This document shows, piece after piece, positions 35,560 to 45,007 of a stretch of DNA of 64,000 nucleotides. Each line of letters begins with the position of its first letter. Within the stretch, counting starts at the first letter, position 1. A program made the translations under genes and the position numbers. Source of the DNA: Chloroflexota bacterium (GTDB lineage: Bacteria; Chloroflexota; Anaerolineae; Aggregatilineales; UBA3940); NCBI GenBank assembly GCA_036679085.1, contig JAZIGM010000048.1:12002-76001 (forward strand). The letters are read 5' to 3'. The notes beneath the pieces were generated by a model, which saw only the letters and a list, made by a program, of their open reading frames with translations, was not told where the DNA came from and did not search any database.

Positions 35560-36780
35560 TTAACGTCGGCGGTAGGGGCGGAAGTCGAGGATGGTAACCG
35601 TCTGGCGTGCGCCAAAATCGTCAAAGGCGACCACAAGCTGCCCGCCCTCGTCGGCAGCCGCGCGGACCATCCAGTAGAGCACTTCGTCCATGCGATGCTC
35701 CATGAACAGGACCTGCTGCTCCGGGAAGCGAGTCGTGGAGCCGTCGTACACCACTGTCAGGAAGGGAACCGGCTCTACCCCGTTCTCGCCTTCCTGTAGC
35801 GTATAGAAGGTCATCTCCCGCACGCCCTGCACCACCACCGGCAGGCCGCCAATCCGCGCGCCAGTTTCTGTCCATGTCAGCAGGCCGGTCCACGGGTGCG
35901 TGGCGATCATGGCGTCCACCGCCCGCTGCGGAAAGTCATCCGCCGCCGCGATGACCGGCGCAAGTTCTTCGGCAATCACCTGCCCCATGAACGCCTCGGG
36001 GACGCGCGTGGGGGTCGCTGTGGCAGTGGGGGACGGGGTGAAGGTGGGCAGCGGGGTCGCCTGCGCCGCGGCTCTGGTCGGCGTGGGGGTTACTGCGCCG
36101 GGCTGCATGGCGGAGATCAGCACAAGCTGCCCCTCGCGGCCAAACGTGTGGGTGTAGGCTGCTGTCAGCACCTGGTCGCGCTGCTCCGCCTGGATAACAA
36201 GCGCACGCAGCGCCAGCGAAGCATTGCTCCGGCTGAGCCGCCAGCGACTCGCCGCGTGCCCGTTTTCGGCGCTGCCCGTCGTGCTGAGCACCATCACGTC
36301 GTCTTCCCAGGTGATCGTGCCCTGTGTGAGCAACCGGCCTGCGTCGTCACGGCTTGGCACAAGCACCGACAGCGTCGAAATATCGCCAAGCTCCAGCGGC
36401 TGCCCGCCAAGCGTCAGCCGCCCGCCGACCACGGCTAGCTCGCCCCGGAGCAGGGTTGTCTGCCACCAGGCAGACTCCTGCGTGGTCGGCAGCGGCTCAG
36501 AGAGAAGGGGGAGCGCCTGGTCAAGCAGCCGGTTAGACCAGTCATCCGCCGGGGTGGATGGGCCGGGACCGGTGAGTGTCAGCGCCGCCTGGGGCGTGCG
36601 CAGGACCTCAGTCGGCAGCAGGCGTCCGGGCTGCGTCGGCGTGGCGCTGGGCGGCGCTGGCGTCATCGCGGACAAATCGCCGGGCAGCCCGTTGCGAAGC
36701 TGATACAGCATCAACCCGAGCGCGATCAGGGCGAGCACCAGGGTAAGGAGTCGCAGCCGCCTGATCCGCCGTTCATCCAT
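35560..36780 (-). CDS. Hypothetical membrane-anchored protein (406 aa from ATG 36780)
   Basis: MDERRIRRLRLLTLVLALIALGLM is an N-terminal anchor, followed by Pro/Thr linkers. The track ORF extends 68 codons further into the upstream gene, so it was trimmed. Confidence 0.55.
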   Translation of the reverse strand: MDERRIRRLRLLTLVLALIALGLMLYQLRNGLPGDLSAMTPAPPSATPTQPGRLLPTEVLRTPQAALTLTGPGPSTPADDWSNRLLDQALPLLSEPLPTTQESAWWQTTLLRGELAVVGGRLTLGGQPLELGDISTLSVLVPSRDDAGRLLTQGTITWEDDVMVLSTTGSAENGHAASRWRLSRSNASLALRALVIQAEQRDQVLTAAYTHTFGREGQLVLISAMQPGAVTPTPTRAAAQATPLPTFTPSPTATATPTRVPEAFMGQVIAEELAPVIAAADDFPQRAVDAMIATHPWTGLLTWTETGARIGGLPVVVQGVREMTFYTLQEGENGVEPVPFLTVVYDGSTTRFPEQQVLFMEHRMDEVLYWMVRAAADEGGQLVVAFDDFGARQTVTILDFRPYRRR

Positions 36781-36784
36781 CACG

Positions 36785-37600
36785 TTACTGAGCCGCCCAC
36801 ACTCCCAGGTTGTCGAAGACGACGCGAAGCTCGCTGCTGCGCGGGCCCACTGCGTACACGGCGACATCGCCGCGCGTGTGCCGGGTGTCCGTCGCCACGG
36901 CGATGCTCTGCCCGTCAAAGAAAACCTCGATGCGCGAACCGTTCGCCAGCACGCCAATGGTATGCACGCCTGCCGACGAGGCACTCAGCCCGGCGGGCAG
37001 CGTGACATCAAGGATCGGGTCGGGTACAAGCACACCGCCGGAGCGCGCGAACACCGTCACGCGGCCATCGCAGAAGAAGGTCAGCGCGTAGTAGTTGCCA
37101 CTATCGCGCATGCGGAAGAACATGCCGTAGCCGCCGCCCGACGGGCAGGCCTGCGGCGTAACCTCGACCTGCGCGTACAGGTTCCCGGCATCCACTGCCG
37201 ACGAGTTCTGCACGGTCATGGCATTCGGTGCGAGCGCAAACACGTACCCGCCGTTCTCCAGCGACACCTGCACGCCCTCCTCACTGACGGTGGGCCAACC
37301 CGCCTCAAAGCCGGAGCTGAACACCAGCTCGCCAAGCGGGCGATCAATCGCAGGGGTAACATCGCCGCCACCGGCCCCGATCAGGCCGCTGCTCGCCACC
37401 GCACCGCCCGGCGTGGCGGTCGGGAAGGGCGTTACAGTCGGCGGAGGCAGAAAGGTCGGGGTCGGCTCCGGGATGGGCTCGGTCGGCGGCGGGGTAGCGG
37501 TCGGTAGGCTGCCAAGCCCGGCAACGGACGCGCCGCCGCAGCCCGCAAGAAGCAGCAGCACAGGCAGGAGGGAAAGCAGGGTCAGGATCGGTCGTCTCAT
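36785..37600 (-). CDS. Lipoprotein with jelly-roll (LamG/DUF1080-like) C-terminal domain
   Basis: 271 aa from ATG 37600. MRRPILTLLSLLPVLLLLAGCGG lipobox, a PT-rich linker, then GMFFRMRDSGNYYALTF..RIEVFFDG. Confidence 0.6.
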   Translation of the reverse strand: MRRPILTLLSLLPVLLLLAGCGGASVAGLGSLPTATPPPTEPIPEPTPTFLPPPTVTPFPTATPGGAVASSGLIGAGGGDVTPAIDRPLGELVFSSGFEAGWPTVSEEGVQVSLENGGYVFALAPNAMTVQNSSAVDAGNLYAQVEVTPQACPSGGGYGMFFRMRDSGNYYALTFFCDGRVTVFARSGGVLVPDPILDVTLPAGLSASSAGVHTIGVLANGSRIEVFFDGQSIAVATDTRHTRGDVAVYAVGPRSSELRVVFDNLGVWAAQ

Positions 37601-38005
37601 GTGCGTCAACCTGTTTCGGGTATCGTCAAATATCAATCGCGGATGATAACGCAGGCAACCGCCCTTGCCCAAAGATCGAGGTATCGCGGCAGGTCGGGGC
37701 GAGCCGCCACCTACCCCGCGCCTTGTGGCTCTGTGGTCTCTGCGTTACATTTCTGTGCCGGGTACGTAGAATCAAGTGTCGGAATCGTGCAGATCGTGGT
37801 ATCATGGTGAGCAGAAAATTAGCTTATATGTTCTAATCCGGTCCGCGGAGCAGGCCGAGCGCACAGCAGGCAGCCCTGATGATTGGCTTCCAGATGGGGG
37901 ATCTATTGCATTCCCATTTGAGCCATTCGCGGGTAGGATTTCTCCACAACGACCGTGCTGTGCGGCTCACAACTGCACGTTGCAAAGAGGCCGATTCAGG
38001 CACGC

Positions 38006-39108
38006 ATGACATACGACGACGACGCGACACAACCTCACCGCCCCATCCCGAGGCCCCGCCCGCGCATGCCGCTCTGGAAGCGGCTCGTGCTGTTTTTGAG
38101 CACCCTGGTGGGGCTGGTGCTGGTCGGCTGTATGACGCTGGGCCTCGTCGCACTGACGCCCATCGCAGGCGGCGAGCCGCTGATCACCGGGCTGCTGCCG
38201 CTCACTGAGGAGCCCGGCCCGACCGATACCGGCTCCCCCCCACCCCGAGCGACACACAGCCGCCGTCCGCTTCGCCGGAGACGCCCGCCACCGGCCCGGC
38301 GGCGCCGGAGCGCCTATCGCCATCACCGCCGGGCACGGACACAGAGGCGCCGACGCTCAGCCCGACGCCTTCCGACACGCCCACGCCGCTGCCCACGCCG
38401 GATGACATCTCGCGGGAGCTGCACGTACCGATCCTGATGTACCATTATGTCAGCGCGCCACCGCCGGACGCAGACGTGTACCGCGTCGATCTCTCCGTAC
38501 CGCCGGAGAACTTCTACTGGCAGATGCGCTGGCTCAAGGAGAACGGCTACAACGTCATCACGCTGGAGCATCTTTTCTACTATCTCAACACCGGCTGGCC
38601 CGAACTGCCTGAGAAGCCCATCGTGCTGACGTTCGACGACGGCTATATCGACAATTATGAGTACGCCTTCCCGGTGCTGCAGAAGTTCGGCTTTTCGGGC
38701 ACGTTCTTCATCCTGACCGACGTGACCGACCGCGCGCAGCCGGGTTATATGACCTGGGACATGATCCGCGAGATGCACGCCGCAGGCATGGACATCCAGG
38801 TACACGGGCGGGAGCATCACGACATGAGTGGGCGCGACCGCGACTGGCTGATCTTCCACCTGCTCGGCCCGGCGCAGACCATCCACGCGAACCTTGGCTA
38901 CCAGCCGCGCTTCCTGGCGTACCCGTCTGGCCGATATGACGCCGATGTAATCGCTGTAGCGCAGGAGATGGGCTACTGGGGCGCGGTGACCACCACCCAG
39001 GGCTCGCTGCAGAGCAAGGACGCGCCGTTTGAGATGCGACGCCTGCGCGTGCGCGGCGAGTGGGACTTCGCACACTTTATCCGCATCGTGCAGGAGTACA
39101 GCGGCTAG
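38006..39108 (+). pseudogene. Polysaccharide deacetylase (NodB domain) with N-terminal TM anchor, split by a frameshift at a C7 run (~38235-38241)
   Basis: Frame A (38006-) encodes the TM anchor, then turns into Arg-rich nonsense. Frame B, open from 38209, encodes a PT-rich linker plus HVPILMYHYV..LTFDDGY..HGREHH. Confidence 0.75.
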
Positions 39109-39147
39109 CCGCGCACCACTCCTGCTCATCCATGAGGGACGGCTAAG

Positions 39148-39795
39148 ATGAGACACCTCAAACGCATGCCCGCGTGGCAGGTCCTTGTGCTTGCCGCGCT
39201 CATATCCCTGATCGTCTTCGCGCTCACCGTCCTTGCCACCTACCTGCTCTGGCTGTACGGAACCGGCGAGCATGTCATTGAGTGGGACCTGTGGAGCATG
39301 CTCGAAGGTCTGAGCGCTGCCGCCGCGTTCGCCGTTGTGGTTGGTGGCGGCTTCTTCGCGCTGCTCCAGCTCATCGAGGCCACCGAGCGGCGGCACATGG
39401 AGATCTATAACGACGTGTTCAAGCGCCTGATGGACGACCGCGAGATCGCCGCCCGCCGCTGGATCTACCAGAAGCTGCCCGACGACCCGGAGCAGGGCAT
39501 TGCGTCGCTCAGCGAGGTCGGGCAGCGGCACGTCAAACTGGTGCTGAACTCGTTCGACCACCTCGGCTTCCTGCTAATGCAGGACTGGGTAACGGACGAC
39601 GGGATCATCGGCTGGGTCAGCCCGATTGTGCTCAAGACGTGGGCCAAGCTCGGCCCCTACGTAGCGTATGAGGCAGCGCGGCGCGGCGAACCGTACTACT
39701 ACGGGGCGGCGGTCGCGCTGGCCCGGCGCTGCGAGGAATGGTGGCGGCAGCACCGCCCCGATCTCGGCTTCGTGTGGCTGGACGATGCGCTGTAG
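39148..39795 (+). CDS. Hypothetical membrane protein (2 N-terminal TM helices plus a soluble domain)
   Basis: 215-aa ORF with coherent composition. No confident family assignment. Confidence 0.55.
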   Translation: MRHLKRMPAWQVLVLAALISLIVFALTVLATYLLWLYGTGEHVIEWDLWSMLEGLSAAAAFAVVVGGGFFALLQLIEATERRHMEIYNDVFKRLMDDREIAARRWIYQKLPDDPEQGIASLSEVGQRHVKLVLNSFDHLGFLLMQDWVTDDGIIGWVSPIVLKTWAKLGPYVAYEAARRGEPYYYGAAVALARRCEEWWRQHRPDLGFVWLDDAL

Positions 39796-39824
39796 CAGTT
39801 TGGGGCCTAATTAAACCGAATGGA

Positions 39825-39845
39825 GCCGCGAATAAACTTCGCGGC
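39825..39845. repeat. Hairpin repeat gccgcgaataaacttcgcggc
   Basis: Identical 21-mer also at 42463-42483; a near-identical copy at 8003-8022. Confidence 0.85.
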
Positions 39846-39948
39846 GGATTTTGCCCTGCTGCCAGCAGGGTTCACCAGTTGCCCTCTCGCCCGGTTTCCG
39901 GCAGAATCACCCGACCTGCTGCAGGCTGCACATCGAACCTGGTAGGTT

Positions 39949-39977
39949 TTGACAGGGATTTTCTTTATAGTCTAAAT
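39949..39977 (+). promoter_or_regulatory. Candidate promoter: TTGACA, 17-nt spacer, CTAAAT, upstream of mvaA
   Basis: ..ctggtaggtTTTGACAgggattttctttatagtCTAAATcagg.. The 13-nt core taggttttgacag recurs at 42620-42632. Confidence 0.4.
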
Positions 39978-39986
39978 CAGGCCTAC

Positions 39987-40010
39987 AGCCCACGAATCCG
40001 TGGGCTTTTG
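39987..40010 (+). terminator. Stem-loop plus T-run (agcccacg aatc cgtgggct tttg) in the mvaA leader
   Basis: Perfect 8-bp stem followed by TTTT, 29 nt upstream of ATG 40039 and just downstream of the candidate promoter. May act as a leader attenuator. Confidence 0.4.
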
Positions 40011-40038
40011 AGTGTCCGCCAGAGAGAAGAGCAAGTTT

Positions 40039-41325
40039 ATGAGTGAAAAGACATCACGTCTGCCCGGCTTCTACAAACTGCCTCCCGACAAGCGCGCGCG
40101 GGTCGTCGCTTCCTGGGCCAACCTGAACGACGAAGAGCAGCACATGCTAACCGGCGATCCCGGCCTGACGCTCGCGCTTGCGGACAAGATGATCGAGAAC
40201 GTCGCGGGCGTATTTGCGCTGCCGCTCGGCATTGCGGCCAACTTCCGCATTGATGGCCGCGACGTGCTCGTGCCGATGGCCGTCGAAGAGCCGTCCGTCG
40301 TGGCGGCAGCCAGCCACATGGCGAAGCTGGCCCGTGCCGGGGGCGGCTTCCGCACGAGCAGCACGCCGCCGGAGATGATCGGCCAGATCCAGGTACTCGA
40401 CCTGGACGACCTCGACGCGGCGGCGGAGAAGGTGCTCGCAGCGAAGGACGAGTTGATGGAGATCGCCGCCTGCTGTGACAAGATGGTCGTTGAGCTGGGC
40501 GGCGGCCCGCGTGATGTCGAGGTGCGGGCGCTGCACGACACGGCTGCCGGGCCGATGCTGATCGTCCACCTGATCTACGACTGCCGCGACGCGATGGGCG
40601 CGAACATGGTCAACACGGCCTGCGAGCAGCTTGCCGGGCCGATCGAGCGCATCACCGGCGGGCGCGTCGGGCTGCGCATCCTCTCCAACCTGGCCGACCG
40701 GCGGCTGGCACGCGCGGAGTGCACCATCCCGGCGGACGTGCTCGGCTTTGACGACTTCCCCGGCGAGGTGGTCGCCGCGCGCATCGTCGAGGCGTGGGCT
40801 TTCGCCGCTGCCGACCCGTACCGCGCGGCGACGCACAACAAGGGCATCATGAACGGCATCGACCCGGTCGTTATCGCCACCGGCAACGACTGGCGGGCCG
40901 TCGAGGCGGGCGCGCACGCCTACGCAGCCCGCTCCGGGCGGTACACGTCGCTCAGCACGTGGGGCCTGGACGAGCAGGGCAACCTGACCGGCTCGCTGGA
41001 ACTGCCGATGCCCGTCGGCATCGTGGGCGGCGCGACGCGCGTCCACCCCGTTACCAGGATCGCGCTGAAGATCCTCGGTGTTGAGTCCGCGCGGGAGCTG
41101 GCGCAGATCATCGTCGCCGTCGGGCTGGCGCAGAACCTCGGCGCGCTGCGTGCGCTGGCGACGGAGGGCATCCAGAAGGGGCACATGGCCCTGCATGCCC
41201 GGCAGATAGCCATCGCCGCCGGGGCTACCGGCGAGCAGGTCGAGCAGCTTGTCGCGCAGATGCTCGAGACGGGGCAGATTAACTTGGCATACGCACAGGA
41301 ACTCCTGCGCGAGGCGCAGGCTTGA
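40039..41325 (+). CDS. mvaA: Class II HMG-CoA reductase
   Basis: [20 protein letters not shown] and [21 protein letters not shown] motifs. ATG 40039 is preferred over the track's GTG 40012 because purine-rich sequence lies upstream of it. Confidence 0.9.
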   Translation: MSEKTSRLPGFYKLPPDKRARVVASWANLNDEEQHMLTGDPGLTLALADKMIENVAGVFALPLGIAANFRIDGRDVLVPMAVEEPSVVAAASHMAKLARAGGGFRTSSTPPEMIGQIQVLDLDDLDAAAEKVLAAKDELMEIAACCDKMVVELGGGPRDVEVRALHDTAAGPMLIVHLIYDCRDAMGANMVNTACEQLAGPIERITGGRVGLRILSNLADRRLARAECTIPADVLGFDDFPGEVVAARIVEAWAFAAADPYRAATHNKGIMNGIDPVVIATGNDWRAVEAGAHAYAARSGRYTSLSTWGLDEQGNLTGSLELPMPVGIVGGATRVHPVTRIALKILGVESARELAQIIVAVGLAQNLGALRALATEGIQKGHMALHARQIAIAAGATGEQVEQLVAQMLETGQINLAYAQELLREAQA

Positions 41326-41338
41326 GGAGAACAGCAGC

Positions 41339-42427
41339 ATGACCATCCCAGGGAGTCAGAACACGAGCGGCAGCAGCCGCCTCCAGCGACCGCTTCGCGA
41401 GGTGGGGATCGTCGGCTACGGGGCCTACCTGCCCCGCTACCGCCTGCCCGCCGCCGAGATCGCGCGGGTGTGGACGGGGGGCATGGGTGGCGCACCGATT
41501 AAAGAGAAGTCCGTGCCCGGCCTCGATGAGGATGTGGTAACCATGTCCATCGAGGCAGCCCGCAACGCGCTCGCCCGCGCGCAGATCGACCCCGCCGAGA
41601 TCCGCGCGGTGTGGGTCGGCAGCGAGTCACACCCGTACGCCGTCAAGCCCACCTCGACCATCGTCGCGGAGGCCATCGGCGCGGTGCCGAACACCCTCGC
41701 CGCCGACTGGGAGTTCGCCTGTAAGGCGGGGTCGGAGGCGATGCAGGCTGCTATCGGCTTTGTCGGCAGTGGCATGGCCCGCTACGCCCTGAGCATCGGC
41801 ATGGATACCGCCCAGGGCCGCCCCGGTGACGCGCTGGAGTACACAGCAGCGGCGGGCGGCGCGGCCTATCTCATCGGCCCGGCAGACGAGAGCCTTGCCC
41901 GCATCGAGGCGACGTACTCGTATGTCACCGACACGCCGGACTTCTGGCGGCGGGCGCATGAGACGTACCCCTCGCACGGCGACCGCTTCACCGGCGAGCC
42001 TGCGTACTTCGCGCACGTGCTCTCCGCCGCACGGGCCGTTCTGGAGGAGCTTGGCGCGGAGGCAAGCGACTTCGCCTATGCCGTCTTCCACCAGCCCAAC
42101 GTCAAGTTCCCACAGCGCGCGGCGAAGATCCTCGGCTTCACGCCGGAGCAGATCAAGCCGGGCCTGCTGGCCGGGCGTGTGGGCAACGTGTACGCGGGTT
42201 CGTCGCTGCTGGGCCTGAGCGCCACGCTTGACGCCGCGCAGCCCGGCGACCGCATCCTGATGGTGTCCTACGGTTCCGGCGCAGGCTCGGATGCGCTGGT
42301 GCTCACCGCGACGGAGAACATCGTCGAGCGGAAGAACCGCGCCCCGTCCACCGAGGAGTACATCGCGCGGCGCACCGAGATCGATTACGCCATGTACACG
42401 CGCTACCGCCGCAAGCTGAAGACATAG
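41339..42427 (+). CDS. HMG-CoA synthase, archaeal/thiolase-fold type
   Basis: 362 aa from ATG 41339, preceded by [41 protein letters not shown] (catalytic Cys context). Confidence 0.85.
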   Translation: MTIPGSQNTSGSSRLQRPLREVGIVGYGAYLPRYRLPAAEIARVWTGGMGGAPIKEKSVPGLDEDVVTMSIEAARNALARAQIDPAEIRAVWVGSESHPYAVKPTSTIVAEAIGAVPNTLAADWEFACKAGSEAMQAAIGFVGSGMARYALSIGMDTAQGRPGDALEYTAAAGGAAYLIGPADESLARIEATYSYVTDTPDFWRRAHETYPSHGDRFTGEPAYFAHVLSAARAVLEELGAEASDFAYAVFHQPNVKFPQRAAKILGFTPEQIKPGLLAGRVGNVYAGSSLLGLSATLDAAQPGDRILMVSYGSGAGSDALVLTATENIVERKNRAPSTEEYIARRTEIDYAMYTRYRRKLKT

Positions 42428-42462
42428 GTGGGGCTGCTATCCCCTCGCCCCGCTTGCAAGCA

Positions 42463-42483
42463 GCCGCGAATAAACTTCGCGGC
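42463..42483. repeat. Hairpin repeat gccgcgaataaacttcgcggc
   Basis: Identical to the copy at 39825-39845. Confidence 0.85.
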
Positions 42484-42740
42484 TACCTCCTCTGTTTCTG
42501 GCAGAGGGCGTGCAGGGATGAGGGGCGGGTAATCTAACGCTAATTTTGTGGGGACGGGCCGCCCGGCGAGGTAAAACCGGGCGGTCCTGGCTGCCATCGG
42601 GCCTGTGAAACTCATCTGATAGGTTTTGACAGTCCCGCTGATAGCTTCTGAAAGTATCGCCAAAGATAATTACACTAGGCGCGGCAGCATACGCCGCCGA
42701 GCCGGAGACAGACGATCGAGAGGTTGAAAAGGACACGACC

Positions 42741-42941
42741 ATGCAAATCCCGCATCACTGGAGACTCCGTGAACAGCGCTACAATCTGACCGGCACCATC
42801 TGCACCCGCTGTGGGAAGGTCGCTTTCTCGCCGCGCCCGGTGTGCCCGGAGTGCAGCCAGCCCGTCGAGGCAGCCGAGTTGTTCGCCACGCGCCGCACTG
42901 CGCCGCGCCCGGTCGCCATCATGGAGCCCGCCCAGCGTTAG
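42741..42941 (+). CDS. Stand-alone Zn-ribbon mini-protein: truncated paralogue of the DUF35 N-terminus (or a gene remnant)
   Basis: 66 aa. HWRLREQRYNLTGTICTRCGKVAFSPRPVCPECSQP parallels NWRLEAQRYSLVGEECPHCKTKIFPPRDVCPECAQP of the next gene. It lacks the OB fold. Confidence 0.5.
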   Translation: MQIPHHWRLREQRYNLTGTICTRCGKVAFSPRPVCPECSQPVEAAELFATRRTAPRPVAIMEPAQR

Positions 42942-42961
42942 CCGGAGTTATCATAGCGATT

Positions 42962-43363
42962 ATGAATGTTTCACAGAACTGGCGGCTGGAGGCCCAGCGC
43001 TACAGCCTTGTAGGTGAGGAATGCCCGCACTGCAAGACGAAGATCTTCCCCCCGCGTGATGTCTGCCCGGAGTGCGCGCAGCCCGCGCAGGAGCTTTACA
43101 AGCTCTCCGGCAAGGGGGAGGTCTACAGCTACACCGTCGTGCTCGACGCACCGGAGGGGTTTGAGGAGTACCAGCCGTACACCATCGCCCTGGTCAAGCT
43201 GGATGAAGGCCCGATGGTGATGGCCCAGCTCACCGACTACGAGACGGAGCCGCAAATCGGTGACCGCGTCGAGATGGTCACGCGGCGGCTGCGTACCGAT
43301 GGCGATCAGGGCATCATCGTGTATGGCTACAAGTTCCGCCCACTGCTGCGGCCCGAAGCCTAG
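42962..43363 (+). CDS. DUF35 Zn-ribbon/OB-fold protein (thiolase/HMGS-associated scaffold family)
   Basis: 133 aa from ATG 42962. CxxC..CxxC ribbon followed by an OB-like segment (GEVYSYTVV..IALVKLDEGPMVMAQL). Confidence 0.8.
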   Translation: MNVSQNWRLEAQRYSLVGEECPHCKTKIFPPRDVCPECAQPAQELYKLSGKGEVYSYTVVLDAPEGFEEYQPYTIALVKLDEGPMVMAQLTDYETEPQIGDRVEMVTRRLRTDGDQGIIVYGYKFRPLLRPEA

Positions 43364-43411
43364 CCTGCTTGCTGCATCATCCAATTCATCATCAACATCA
43401 ACCAACAAAAC

Positions 43412-43451
43412 ATGCCGCCCCGATTATCGAGGCGGCATAATTGTTTCTTGC
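43412..43451. terminator. Bidirectional intrinsic terminator between DUF35 and rpsA (convergent)
   Basis: atgccgcc..ggcggcat 8-bp stem. T-rich on the plus strand (aattgtttctt) and on the minus strand (gttttgttggttg). Confidence 0.6.
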
Positions 43452-43467
43452 CTGACGAACGACGAGC

Positions 43468-44916
43468 CTAGTCGTCGTTGCCGACCTTCACGCCGAAATC
43501 TTCCCAGTCCTCATCCATATACTCGGGGGAGTCCACCCGCTTCAGGCTGAGGCCCAGGCGACGGCGGTCCGGCTCGATGCGCAGGATGCGCAGCGTGAGC
43601 ACATCACCCTCGTTGACCACGTCACGCGGGTGCGCCACGCGGTGATCAGCCAACTCGCTGATGTGGATCAGCCCTTCAATGGCGGGCTGCTCGACCAGAC
43701 TCGCAAAAGCTCCAAATTTCGCCAGTTTGGTGATCTTGCCCTGGACAAGCTGCCCCGGACGGTACGACTGTGCCAGGTCATCCCACGGGTCAGGCATGAC
43801 GTTCTTCCGGCTGAGGCCGATGCGCTGGCGCTCCCGGTCGACGCTGATCACCTCGACCTTGACCTGATCCCCCGTCTTGAGCACTTCCTTCGGGTGGTCG
43901 ACGTGCCGCCATGACAGTTCCGACAGGTGGATCAGCCCGTCCGCGCCGCCGATGTCGACAAACGCGCCGAAATCGGTAAGGCGCACCACGCGCCCCTCGC
44001 GGATCTGCCCGACCTCCAGTTCCTCGAACAACTCCTGACGCCGCCGTGCGCGCTGCTCCTGTGCCGCTGCCCGCTCGGAGAGGATCAGCCGGTTGCGACC
44101 CCGATCCACCTCAATAACCTTGACGCTGATCTCCTCACCGACCATGCTGCCCCAGCGGTCAGATGGCTGCTCGCCCCCATCGCGACGGCGACGCTCCATG
44201 CTGACCTGCGACGCCGGCACAAAGCCACGAATACGCCCGAAGGGCACAATCAGACCACCCTTGTTGTAGCCGGTGATCCTGCTCGCGTAGGCTTCCTTGG
44301 ACACAAGGTAAGCCTCCGCCTGCTCCCAGTCCTGCTCCTCGAGCGCGCGGCTCAGCGAGAGCACAGGATGGTCGCCGGGACCTTCCAGAGTGAGGACGTA
44401 GACCTGGATCTCCTGCCCGACCTCCAGCGCGTCGATCACCTCGCGATCAAGTCTGCCCAGATCACGCGACTGGATGACCCCTTCGGTCTTGGCGCCTATG
44501 TCCACGTAGATCTGCTGGTCGGAGATGCTCGTAATCGTCCCGGTGACAAGCTGGCCCTTCTCAATGAGCGCTACCGTGCCCTCAACGGCGCCCTCGCCGC
44601 TGATGTACTGGAGGAAAACCTGCTCGTCGGTGAGTTCCGGCTCCTCGTCAACCTCGCCCGCGTCGACCGGCACAGCAGCCTCTGCTTCCGGTTCGGCTTC
44701 TAATGGGGCGGCAACCTCATCAGCCTCGGGTGCGTCATCGGGGGGAGTGTCTGGGGCTTCCTGAGCTACGGCAGGCTCTCCTGCAGATGAAGCTTCCACT
44801 TCGGGCTGACCGTTCTCGCCTGCCGGCTGTACGTCCTGAACTGTCTGCTGCTCCTCGGCGGCTTCGCCCTCCGCCATGGCTTCGGGCTCACCGAGGACCT
44901 TCTCGTCGTTATCCAT
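43468..44916 (-). CDS. rpsA: 30S ribosomal protein S1 (four S1 domains) with an acidic N-terminal extension
   Basis: 482 aa from ATG 44916, preceded by AGGAG. Repeated G.V..I..FGAFV-type S1 motifs. The upstream 144 codons of the track ORF are Cys/Arg-rich junk. Confidence 0.9.
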   Translation of the reverse strand: MDNDEKVLGEPEAMAEGEAAEEQQTVQDVQPAGENGQPEVEASSAGEPAVAQEAPDTPPDDAPEADEVAAPLEAEPEAEAAVPVDAGEVDEEPELTDEQVFLQYISGEGAVEGTVALIEKGQLVTGTITSISDQQIYVDIGAKTEGVIQSRDLGRLDREVIDALEVGQEIQVYVLTLEGPGDHPVLSLSRALEEQDWEQAEAYLVSKEAYASRITGYNKGGLIVPFGRIRGFVPASQVSMERRRRDGGEQPSDRWGSMVGEEISVKVIEVDRGRNRLILSERAAAQEQRARRRQELFEELEVGQIREGRVVRLTDFGAFVDIGGADGLIHLSELSWRHVDHPKEVLKTGDQVKVEVISVDRERQRIGLSRKNVMPDPWDDLAQSYRPGQLVQGKITKLAKFGAFASLVEQPAIEGLIHISELADHRVAHPRDVVNEGDVLTLRILRIEPDRRRLGLSLKRVDSPEYMDEDWEDFGVKVGNDD

Positions 44917-44950
44917 GCGGACTCCTATAAACTTTTGCGGGGTCGTGAGT

Positions 44951-44956
44951 ATTATA
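44951..44956 (-). promoter_or_regulatory. Perfect TATAAT -10 box upstream of rpsA
   Basis: The minus strand reads ..TGGTCAtttgacttgaggacgtgTATAATactc.., about 35 nt before the rpsA ATG. Confidence 0.4.
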
Positions 44957-45007
44957 CACGTCCTCAAGTCAAATGACCATAGGCTAAGAAGGCCATTAGC
45001 GTGCGAA

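Noticed and set aside
38235-38241. Programmed ribosomal frameshifting at the C7 run (deacetylase) or at 48002 (murA)
   Set aside because: There is no downstream stimulatory structure or known slippery heptamer context, and the families are not known to use recoding. A simple indel, whether real or a sequencing error, is more parsimonious.
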